From Limnochordia bacterium (GTDB taxonomy: Bacteria; Bacillota; Limnochordia; DTU080), in NCBI GenBank assembly GCA_050951545.1, contig JBMNJG010000004.1, positions 96,001-160,000 of the forward strand: a stretch of 64,000 bases of DNA, read 5' to 3'. The notes beneath the pieces are model-generated. The model made no database searches and had not been told where the DNA came from. It saw nothing but the letters and a program-made list of their open reading frames with translations. Both the position numbers and the translations under genes were made by a program. Of the stretch, positions 20,038 through 28,843 are shown piece after piece; position 1 is the stretch's first letter, and every line of letters starts with the position of its first letter.

Positions 20038-20182
20038 CTCACATAACGATCATGTGTTCGATTGTCTCGATGCGATGTTCGGTACGTGAGGCCAGAATCC
20101 TTCCACAGCTTTCGCTGAAAACGCGCGCATTGCCAGCTAAGACCCGGTGGCCACCGGGAGTGAAATGCGTTTCCCCTCGGAT

Positions 20183-22380
20183 CATCGGCTGAGTGGGAAA
20201 AGGCTATCGCCATCATCCGGTTATGTACCGCCCGAAGGCTCCAGAAGGGCCGCCAGGGCGGGAAAGCGTGCTCTTGGGCGGGGAAATGAGCCCTTCGGGC
20301 GGTCAAAATGAGCAAAAAGGGCTTCGCGAAGGCCGCATCGCTGCACTTTTACCACGCACACTGGCCCCGGGGGCTAATGAGGCGGCTCTTTTGCCATGGC
20401 GGTCGGATTCTTGGCCCCGACTCACGTACCAGTTCGGCTGGTGTCTGACTGCAGGGCCTGTTTCGCGAGCGCGTCCATTGCATCTGTCCATTCTCTTCCA
20501 GATGCACCGACCGGGTTAACACCGAAGGGTTGGTCCGCAGAGGGATCCGAGCGAGCCCGCCGTGATCGCGCACCGGGGAGCTGACCCCATCGGCTGAGTG
20601 GGAAAAAGGTATCACCACCGTCCGGTTATGTACTGCCCAGTAGCTCCAGAAGGGCCACCAAGGCGGGAAAGCGCGCTCTTTTGGGGGGGAATAAGCCCTT
20701 CGGGCAATCAAAATCAGCAAAAAGGGCACCGCGAAGGCCGCATCGCTGCACTTTTACCACGTACATTGGGCCTGGGGGTTAATGAGGCGGCTCTTTTGCC
20801 GTCACGGTCGGATTCTTGGCCCCGACTCACGTACCAATCCGGCTGGTGTCTGACTGCAGGGCCTGTTTCGCGAGCGCGTCCATTGCATCTGTCCACCTTT
20901 TTTGAAATACACCGACCGGGGCAACACCGAAGGGTCGGTCCGCAGAGGGGCCCGAGTGAGCCCGCGGTGATCGCGCACTGGAGAGCTGACCCAATCGACT
21001 GAGTGGGAAAAAGGTATCACCACCGTCCGGTTATGTACTGCCCAGTAGCTCCAGAAGGGCCACCAAGGCGGGAAAGCGCGCTCTTTTGGGGGGGAATAAG
21101 CCCTTCGGGCAATCAAAATGAGCAAAAAGGGCACCGCGAAGGCCGCATCGCTGCACTTTTACCACGTACATTGGCCCCGGGGGTTAATGAGGCGGCTCTT
21201 TTGCCGTCACGGTCGGATTCTTGGCCCCGACTCACGTACCAATCCGGCTGGTGTCTGACTGCAGGGCCTGTTTCGCGAGCGCGTCCATTGCATCTGTCCA
21301 CCTTTTTTGAAATACACCGACCGGGGCAACACCGAAGGGTTGGTCCGCAGAGGGATCCGAGCGAGCCCGCCGTGATCGCGCACTGGGGAGCTGACCCCAT
21401 CGTCTGAGTGGGAAAAGGCGATCAATTGCGTCGGGTTATGTACTGCCCAGTAGCTCCAGAAGGGCCACCAAAGCGGGAAAGCGCGCTCTTTTGGGGGGAA
21501 AGAAGCCCTTCGGGCAATCAAAATCAGCAAAAAGGGCACCGCGAAGGCCGCATCGCTGCACTTTTACCACGTACATTGGGCCCGGGGGTTAATGAGGCGG
21601 CTCTTTTGCCATGACGGTCGGATTCTTGGCCCCGGCTCACGTACCAATCCGGCTGGTGTCTGGCTGCGGGGCCTGGTTCGCGAGCGCGTCCACTGCATCT
21701 GTCCACCTTTTTCGAAATACACCGACCGGGATAACGCTGAAGGGTTGGTCCGCAGAGGGATCCGAGCGAGCCCGCTGTGATCGCGCACTGGGGAGCTGAC
21801 CCCATCGTCTGAGTGGGAAAAGGCGATCAATTGCGTCGGGTTATGTGCTGCGCGGCAGCCCCCAAGGGGCCACCAAGGCGGGAAAGCGCGCTCTTGGGCG
21901 GGGAAATGAGCCCTTCGGGCGATCAAAATGAGCAAAAAGGGCACTGCAAAGGCCGCATCGCTAGGTTCTTACCACGCACACTGGCTTCGGGGGTAAATGG
22001 GGCGGCTCTCTTGCCATCGCGGCCACATCCTTAGCCCGGCCTCACGTACCAATCCGGCTGGTGTCTGACTGCAGGGCCTGTTTCGCGAGCGCGTCCATTG
22101 CATCTGTCCACCTTTTTTGAAATACACCGACCGGGGCAACACCGAAGGGTTGGTCCGCAGAGGGATCCGAGCGAGCCCGCTGTGATCGCGCACTGGGGAG
22201 CTGACCCCATCGTCTGAGTGGGAAAAGGCGATCAATTGCGTCGGGTTATGTGCTGCGCGGCAGCCCCCAAGGGGCCACCAAGGCGGGAAAGCGTGCTCTT
22301 AGGCAGCGAAATGAGCCCTTCGGGCGATCAAAATGAGCAAAAAGGGCACTGCAAAGGCCGCATCGCTAGGTTCTTACCAC
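20183..22380. repeat. Tandem array of about 5.4 imperfect 405-bp units, apparently non-coding
   Basis: GTGGGAAAA recurs at 20193, 20598, 21003, 21408, 21813 and 22218 (period exactly 405). Units differ by substitutions; the last unit is partial. Confidence 0.97.
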
Positions 22381-22444
22381 CAACCCAAGCGAGCGCAGGG
22401 AGATTACCGCAGTTTTTTGCGTGGCCCCTCGGGCGTGTCACTCT

Positions 22445-23209
22445 CTAGACTGTCTCAATGCCATGCCTTTGCAGGTACTGCTTTAGCTCAGATATGCGAA
22501 TCTGGCCGAAATGGAATACTGATGCCGCTAACAGAACGTCGGCCCCGGCCCTAGCCGCAGCAAGGAAATGCGCAGTGGTACCCGCTCCACCTGAGGCGAC
22601 GATAGGCACTGATACTACCTCTCTCAGTCTACGTATCAGGGGAATGTCATAGCCTTTCTTGGCCCCGTCACAGGCCTTGCTGGTGGGAAGGATCATTCCG
22701 GCACCACGGCTGGCGACTTCTTGCGCCCAGTCCACCGCATCGAGTCCGGTAGCGGTTCTGCCCCCGTCGACATACACTTCGTACCCTGATGATGTGGTGC
22801 TTGAACGGTCGATGTCGATGGCCACTACGACTCCGGAGGGCTCCAACACTCGGGCTAGGTCATCAATGAGCTCGGGGTGGCGGAATGCAGCTGAGCTAAG
22901 GCAGACGCGATCGGCGCCCGCACTTAGTACTCTTTGTGCATCCGAGACAGAAGAGATACCCCCTCCCACAGTGAGGGGAATGGTGATGGCCTCAGCTACC
23001 TGTCTCACAACCTCGAGCGTGGTTCCGCGGTTTTCCACGGTAGCGGTGATGTCTAGAAAGGCCAGCTCGTCCGCACCATCCTGCATGTAGGCCTGCGCGG
23101 CAAGCACCGGATCTCCGGCATCCTGAAGGTCAACAAACTTGACCCCTTTCACTACACGGCCACCTTTAATGTCGAGGCACGGCATGATCCGTACTTTTTG
23201 CATGGGCAT
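22445..23209 (-). CDS. hisF: Imidazole glycerol phosphate synthase cyclase subunit
   Basis: RIMPCLDIKGGRVVKGVKF, FLDITA, ASGGAG, LAASVFH. Confidence 0.93.
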   Translation of the reverse strand: MPMQKVRIMPCLDIKGGRVVKGVKFVDLQDAGDPVLAAQAYMQDGADELAFLDITATVENRGTTLEVVRQVAEAITIPLTVGGGISSVSDAQRVLSAGADRVCLSSAAFRHPELIDDLARVLEPSGVVVAIDIDRSSTTSSGYEVYVDGGRTATGLDAVDWAQEVASRGAGMILPTSKACDGAKKGYDIPLIRRLREVVSVPIVASGGAGTTAHFLAAARAGADVLLAASVFHFGQIRISELKQYLQRHGIETV

Positions 23210-23311
23210 AGCTCCTGACTATGGATACTGATGGACCACAGAGCTGGTACGCGACCTATGGTTCTTCAGTGAGGTGCTCGTATCCTTGCGGCTCGCGAAA
23301 ATGGAAGCAGG

Positions 23312-25249
23312 TTGGGTGGCTCACTCGGCGAATACGCTCATGTTGATGACGGCGCGTCAAAGTATTCACAAAGGATTCTCAAAGGGGTGGCAGATGTGAG
23401 TGGGATTGGTGAGCGGTCTTCATCGGGGAACGGGGCAGTGCTCGTCTACTACGCTCCGGAAGCCAGGGAGTTTGTCTCAGAGGTGGTGTTGGCCCCTCTC
23501 GAACATATCGGACTTCCCTTTCAACTCGCCGAAACGCGCCTGGGTCTGCCAGGAGACCAGCTCTTGGAGTCGGCAAGAGCTCTCATCATCTCCCACAGAG
23601 GTTTGCTGGCCAGTCTATCAGACGATGAGAGTCTCCGCTTGATTGAAGCCGTTCAACGCGGCTTGGGCGTCTTCTGTCTGGATTGTGAACTGGGTGGGAT
23701 GCCAGATCGGCTGAAGAAGGCCCTTGACATCGAGAGTGCATCCTCTGTCGTAGCAGTCCAGGGAGTAGGCTTTGATTCCGGTCACGCCATCACCGCCACC
23801 CGGGAGGATGGTGAACGCGTCCTTCTTCCTAACTCCGTACCAGCACAGGCGCCTGCCAGGTTGGGGACTCCATGGAGTAGCCCGATGCGGCAGGCTGTGT
23901 CAGGCGCTCCGCTCATGGCTTGTCGGGCTTTAGGCTCTGGACGCGTGGTACAGTGGTTCGTCTCGGGGGAGTTGTGGACTAAGGCTGTCTACGGTCACGG
24001 CATGGGGCTTGATGACATCTTCTGGAAGAGCTTGGTCTGGATGTGTAGGAAGCCAGTCGCTCTGAAGGCTATGCCGCCTTTTGTCACCCTGCGCATGGAC
24101 GACTGCCAGGGTTCGGGCGGTTTTTGGTATACTCTGCAGTCCTGTTTATACAACAATCGACCACTGCCAGAGCCATATAAGCGCATGATCCTTGATCGGA
24201 TCTCGGGCCAAAGTAGCTGTGCCTATCACTTTGGGTATCTCGACGTCTTCCACCGTCATGGCTATCATGTGCATCTGGGCGTTTATCCTGATCAGATTCG
24301 GCCTGACGACATGGCTGCCTTTCAGAGATACTGGCAACGCGGCTGCATGGAGTTCTCGATCCATGCCTTTGCGGATTACTATGACGTCGATGCTGGCGGT
24401 GTCGATGATTTCGTGTACATGCGGGATCACGTTAGTGCAGGCCATGGCAAGTGGCGGGTCATTGAGGAGACCCCAGAGGTTCTCGAACAGAAGTTCGCCC
24501 GGCTTGACGCCTGGATGGCGCACTGGCAGATAGCGGCGTCGCCTGTGCTCAACACGCATTGGGCGAACCCGGGTATCGCGAGTCTACCGTTTCTCAAGGC
24601 TCGGGGTTGGCGCTACATGATGTTTGGCCTCTCGTTTGGCAAGCCCTACAATGCCAACATCGAAGCGGACTGGCGCAAAGGTCCATATGGACACAACGGC
24701 TTCATTCTCGATTACATGCCGGTCCCCGATGAGGCCAAGGGCATAGAGTCGGACGATTTCTTCGCGGTCGTGGGCCATCCCTATGACTACTCGCCGTCGG
24801 ACCAGGCGATTGATTTTGCCTCCAGCGACTACACGATGAAAATGGGTGGACAGCCCAGCAACGATATCGATGCTTGCGCAAACAAGCTGGTCAAGCAGAT
24901 TCGCCGCGGGATCGACGCCCGTTTTTTTGGTTGTCCGATGACACACGAACAGGGGCTAGCGACGTTGACCAAAGAGGAACTCGACACTCTCTTGACTATA
25001 GCGGGGCAGCGGCTGCAGCGTTACGATCTTCTGCATAGACCCTATGCAGAGATTGCTGCCTATGCTAAGGCGAAAGTGGACACGCACATCGCTGACGCTG
25101 AGATTCATGGCGACAACGTTAGGCTTCAACTTGATGGGCAGGCGCTTGTCCCGCTACAGATAGAGGTGTGGACCGACTGTGGTGACGGCTTGGCCTGCGT
25201 TACGCATACGATCAAGCCTTTTGCAGGGCAGACGACGGTGCTTCTTTAG
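23312..25249 (+). CDS. Hypothetical protein, possible carbohydrate deacetylase/hydrolase-type barrel
   Basis: Long ORF; VTLRMDD followed by His-containing motifs (SIHAF, NTHW, MTHE). Start may be GTG 23396. Confidence 0.65.
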   Translation: MGGSLGEYAHVDDGASKYSQRILKGVADVSGIGERSSSGNGAVLVYYAPEAREFVSEVVLAPLEHIGLPFQLAETRLGLPGDQLLESARALIISHRGLLASLSDDESLRLIEAVQRGLGVFCLDCELGGMPDRLKKALDIESASSVVAVQGVGFDSGHAITATREDGERVLLPNSVPAQAPARLGTPWSSPMRQAVSGAPLMACRALGSGRVVQWFVSGELWTKAVYGHGMGLDDIFWKSLVWMCRKPVALKAMPPFVTLRMDDCQGSGGFWYTLQSCLYNNRPLPEPYKRMILDRISGQSSCAYHFGYLDVFHRHGYHVHLGVYPDQIRPDDMAAFQRYWQRGCMEFSIHAFADYYDVDAGGVDDFVYMRDHVSAGHGKWRVIEETPEVLEQKFARLDAWMAHWQIAASPVLNTHWANPGIASLPFLKARGWRYMMFGLSFGKPYNANIEADWRKGPYGHNGFILDYMPVPDEAKGIESDDFFAVVGHPYDYSPSDQAIDFASSDYTMKMGGQPSNDIDACANKLVKQIRRGIDARFFGCPMTHEQGLATLTKEELDTLLTIAGQRLQRYDLLHRPYAEIAAYAKAKVDTHIADAEIHGDNVRLQLDGQALVPLQIEVWTDCGDGLACVTHTIKPFAGQTTVLL

Positions 25250-25279
25250 ATCATCAGTGGGCTGAGGGTGTGACATACA

Positions 25280-25669
25280 ATGAGACTACTGAAAGCTATA
25301 TTGACGGGTTTGGGTGGGTTCATTCTGCTTATGGGGGTCGTGGGTCTTCTTCTTATGATAGGCCAATCAGCTGTTAAGGACCTCTCTGTGGACACCGTCA
25401 ATTTCACAGACCTCAAAGATGGCGTCTACACAGGTCAGTATCGCAACGGCCGCTGGACCAACAGCGTGGAGGTCAGGGTAGCCGCTGGCCAGATGACGGC
25501 AATCGAGGTGGTCAGGGATGTTCGCTTTCCATCGGCGAAAATCCGGATGGATACAATCGACAAGATTCTCAAGGCGCAGTCGTTGGAGATAGACGCCATT
25601 GCTGGGGCGACAGTTACCACGAAGGCGTACCTCAAGGCAGTAGAGAACGCTCTCGTAGGAGCTAAGTGA
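25280..25669 (+). CDS. Membrane-anchored FMN-binding domain protein
   Basis: DGVYTG...QSLEIDAIAGATVTT (FMN_bind motif D..sGAT) with an N-terminal TM. Confidence 0.88.
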   Translation: MRLLKAILTGLGGFILLMGVVGLLLMIGQSAVKDLSVDTVNFTDLKDGVYTGQYRNGRWTNSVEVRVAAGQMTAIEVVRDVRFPSAKIRMDTIDKILKAQSLEIDAIAGATVTTKAYLKAVENALVGAK

Positions 25670-25716
25670 CGCCATAGGTCGTGCCCTATGGCATGAAGTA
25701 CGAGGAGGTCCATTAG

Positions 25717-26313
25717 ATGAACAGTGGAACTCCGTTTCTGGCGAGCATTACTGCGTTTGAGCAGCAAGACCAGCGGCATGCTCCACCGATGGGCGCAGTG
25801 CTCTTCGTCGGTAGCTCAACGATCACGCTATGGAAAACCCTTGAAGAGGATTTCGCCCCGGTGCCTGTGCTAAACCGGGGGTTCGGTGGCTCCACTGTGG
25901 CTCAGGTAACCGGCTATGCCGAACGGATTGTCTGGCCCTATAGGCCACGGCTCATTGTGTTCTATTCGGGTGATAACGACCTAGCTAAGGGAAAGATCCC
26001 GGAGGCCGTCCTCGCTGACTATGAGGAGTTTATCGCCGTCACTCACCAGCATCTCCCTCAGACGCGTATTGCCTTGGTGTCGACCAAACCGAGTCCCGCA
26101 CGCGCCCACCTGTTGGCCGCGGTACGGACGCTCAACGACTCTTTGCGAGAGCTTACTCAAGGCGATAGCCGGTTGGCCTACATTGATCTGTTCAGCGTCA
26201 TGCTTGGCCCAGATGGTTCACCGCGCGCGGAGTTGTTTGGGGAAGATGGCCTGCACTTAAACAAGGCCGGATACCAACTATGGACAGAGGTGATTCGGCC
26301 TTATCTTAGCTGA
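25717..26313 (+). CDS. SGNH/GDSL hydrolase
   Basis: FVGSST, NRGFGGS, GDND, DGLH. Confidence 0.9.
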   Translation: MNSGTPFLASITAFEQQDQRHAPPMGAVLFVGSSTITLWKTLEEDFAPVPVLNRGFGGSTVAQVTGYAERIVWPYRPRLIVFYSGDNDLAKGKIPEAVLADYEEFIAVTHQHLPQTRIALVSTKPSPARAHLLAAVRTLNDSLRELTQGDSRLAYIDLFSVMLGPDGSPRAELFGEDGLHLNKAGYQLWTEVIRPYLS

Positions 26314-26334
26314 CTAGCTCACGCGCGAGATGTG

Positions 26335-27258
26335 TCAATGGGCATCGACTGCTGCGGCCGCCTGTTCGATCTCCCGTAGCAGGAGGGGGTTGTCTGCTTC
26401 CGGTACCGCCGTAGAGGGCAGGCTCAGAGTATCGGCGCAGACCCCCTGCAAGGCGAGTACGCGTTTTTTCCAGGCAATGCTGGCTACGCTGCCGCTGTAG
26501 CGGCCATTAAGGTGGTTGATCTTGTCCATTACAGAGGCCAGGTGGTCAAGCTCCTGTGGGTCATGGCGCTTTTCCCACAGCGTGGCGAGCAACTGAGGAA
26601 GCACATTGCCCAAGGATGGCACCAGCCCATCGGCGCCTTGAGCAACGGCCTGCCGCGTCAGTGCTTCACTGCCACTTAGGTAGGCAGCTTGGCGCTGGCA
26701 GCCTCCCAATGCCTCGATAAAGGCGGTCAGCTTAGCTGGGTTGCCGCTGCTGTCTTTGACCCCGGCCACAGACGATGCCAACTTGGTCACGACTGTCGGG
26801 GAGAGTGCAGCCTGGGCATGACCAGGGATATCGTACAAGAGTAACGGCAGAGAGGAGCATGCTACCAACTCCGCAAACCAGGCGAAAGCCTCTGCATCAT
26901 CGTGAACAGGGAAGTAGTAGGGCAGTCCGGCTACGCAGCAGTCGACCCCAGCGACCTTTGCCGCCTGGATGTGGTCACGGACCGCGCGGAGACTAGAGTC
27001 AGTTACGCCGGCATAGACTACCATGCGATTGGCAGTGTATTCTGCAGCCAATGCGAAAAGGCAATGGCGCTGTCGCGCTTGCAGACGCGCATACTCACCT
27101 GTGGTTCCGGCAACAAAGATTCCGTCGATTCCTGCGGTAACCATGTTCTCAATGAGGCGTCGAAGCCCTTGTCTGTCGACACATTCATTGTCCCTAAGAG
27201 GGGTAACCAATGGCACGACGATCCCTTGTACTTGCACGGTAACACCTCCATGAATCAC
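26335..27258 (-). CDS. DapA/NanA-family aldolase
   Basis: VPLVTP, GTTGE, LYDIP, GVKDSSG. Confidence 0.88.
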   Translation of the reverse strand: MIHGGVTVQVQGIVVPLVTPLRDNECVDRQGLRRLIENMVTAGIDGIFVAGTTGEYARLQARQRHCLFALAAEYTANRMVVYAGVTDSSLRAVRDHIQAAKVAGVDCCVAGLPYYFPVHDDAEAFAWFAELVACSSLPLLLYDIPGHAQAALSPTVVTKLASSVAGVKDSSGNPAKLTAFIEALGGCQRQAAYLSGSEALTRQAVAQGADGLVPSLGNVLPQLLATLWEKRHDPQELDHLASVMDKINHLNGRYSGSVASIAWKKRVLALQGVCADTLSLPSTAVPEADNPLLLREIEQAAAAVDAH

Positions 27259-28148
27259 GCAGGTTGGTCCCAGGCCGCGAGTTTCTCGATTGTTGCTGGG
27301 ACTTCGAACAGGTCTACGATCACGGCATCTGGAACGAGCTGCTCAGGTGAGAAATCATAGAGCTGTGCTGCAAACTCATTCGCTGACCGCGCGGCGAGTA
27401 GAGACAGAATCTGGGGATGCTCAGGCCTCTCCACAGGTTCACAGGAAGCAATGGCTTCAGGCAGTGAGGGACACATCCACAGTACACGCATGTTCGCGGC
27501 TTTGGCTCCCGCGATGTCGTGGATGAGAGTGTCACCGATATGAAACGCCGATGCGGCACTGTGGGCCCCAATTCTCTCAGCGGCAACGTGGAAGATGGCT
27601 GGGTCTGGTTTGGCGGTGCCAGTCTCTTCCGGCGATATGAGGGTCGCAAAGTACGCGTACAGACCAAGAGCCTCCAAAACTGGCTGCTGGTAGCGCGTGA
27701 AGCCGTTGCTTACCCCAACAAGCACGTGGCCGCGGCCCGACAACTCCTGCAGGATCTTGGCCGCACCCTCAAAGGCTGAGATATGGCCTTGTCTACATCC
27801 TTCCTCCACCAGTTGCGCGACGTCAAAAGCTTCGTGGCAGTCTACGGCTCGAGCCACCGTGGTGGCCGCGGCATCCCAGTCGTAGGTATCACGCAGCTGT
27901 CCGCTCTGCAGCCACAGAGCCGTCTGGGCGAAGATGGCGGCAATGATCTCTCGGCCTTTTCGATCCAGTCCCGGAAGCCTGATCTGCTCAGGAGTCGGGG
28001 TAATCCCCTGCTGCAGTGGACTGAGGAACTGCGGTGGCAGCCCGCGCCAGTAGGGACCGATGATCCGGGCCAGAGTGGGCAGTACGTACCCTCCGAACGG
28101 GTTGTTCTGAAGTACACCGTCGAGATCAAAGGTGACCAGTTTCATCAT
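27255..28148 (-). CDS. HAD-superfamily hydrolase
   Basis: FDLDGVL, VSNG, KPDP, HIGDTLIHDIAGA; GGAGAGG RBS. Confidence 0.88.
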   Translation of the reverse strand: MMKLVTFDLDGVLQNNPFGGYVLPTLARIIGPYWRGLPPQFLSPLQQGITPTPEQIRLPGLDRKGREIIAAIFAQTALWLQSGQLRDTYDWDAAATTVARAVDCHEAFDVAQLVEEGCRQGHISAFEGAAKILQELSGRGHVLVGVSNGFTRYQQPVLEALGLYAYFATLISPEETGTAKPDPAIFHVAAERIGAHSAASAFHIGDTLIHDIAGAKAANMRVLWMCPSLPEAIASCEPVERPEHPQILSLLAARSANEFAAQLYDFSPEQLVPDAVIVDLFEVPATIEKLAAWDQPA

Positions 28149-28370
28149 CGTCAGTTCCTCTCCAGGTTTCTTCTGCTTCTTCTGCTTCTTCTTCGTGCAG
28201 CGTTTGTGAATCCCCTGCGTCGACACAGATGCGTATGCTACACTGGCATGGGAGCTACGGTATACCTGGGCGCCCGACCCTACGGGTGGCGACCCGCCAC
28301 GAGCTACGAAAAGGAGGGGCGCTCATGTCGATGCTGCAGCGTAAAAGGATTTTCAAAGGCGGGGAAGACA

Positions 28371-28796
28371 GTGAACCTTTATGTAAGTCACATGAGGACA
28401 GGTCACTGGCAGTGGCATGGCAGCCATCGCTTGCCTGGCAGTTGGTTCGGGCCCCTCAGAAATGCCAGTGATCTGCACAGTCTGCTGGCCTCTCGTCCCT
28501 ACTTACACGGGCGCATTCCTCCTGTTTCGGATTGGACAGCCTGTCTTCTGGTGGTGACAGCCCTTGGTGAAGCGCCAACTGGGGGACATGCCGTGAAGGT
28601 AAATGAGATCGTCTGCCTAGCCGATGCGATACGGGTGACGGTGCATGTGCGCAGTCCGGCACCCACGGATCTCGTGATCCAAGCCCTGACCTATCCGGTG
28701 GACAGCGTGTGCCTACGTCGGGACCTGGTGCCTACGTGCATCCCTTGGATCTTTTTGGACCAGACAGGCCAGCGGTTAATGACTGATATAGAGTGA
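28371..28796 (+). CDS. PrcB C-terminal domain protein
   Basis: LGEAPTGGHAVKV...QALTYP; start uncertain. Confidence 0.65.
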   Translation: MNLYVSHMRTGHWQWHGSHRLPGSWFGPLRNASDLHSLLASRPYLHGRIPPVSDWTACLLVVTALGEAPTGGHAVKVNEIVCLADAIRVTVHVRSPAPTDLVIQALTYPVDSVCLRRDLVPTCIPWIFLDQTGQRLMTDIE

Positions 28797-28830
28797 ACGG
28801 CAAGGCGCGAACGAGCGCGCCTTGCCGTTT
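28796..28830. terminator. Hairpin between convergent genes
   Basis: AACGGCAAGGCGCG...CGCGCCTTGCCGTTT. Confidence 0.65.
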
Positions 28831-28843
28831 CTTCACCGCGAGG

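Noticed and set aside
20183-22380. Array as CRISPR or TIGR-type array
   Set aside because: Units are 405 bp and homologous along their length with no unique spacers, and no cas or Nop-domain gene is visible.
20193-22448. Repeated 68-134 aa ORFs in the 405-bp array as real genes
   Set aside because: The plus frame fills units 2-3 exactly (TGA-GTG junction) but has premature stops in units 1, 4 and 5. Substitutions are not biased to synonymous sites and there is no RBS. Coding is not fully excluded because 405 is a multiple of 3.
28167-28195. (CTT/CTG)n low-complexity tract as a phase-variable repeat
   Set aside because: Short, imperfect and upstream of the likely HAD start; no evidence of function.
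27783-28370. N-terminal 196 aa of ORF 27783-28796
   Set aside because: Overlaps the HAD gene on the opposite strand; only the C-terminal PrcB-like part looks real.
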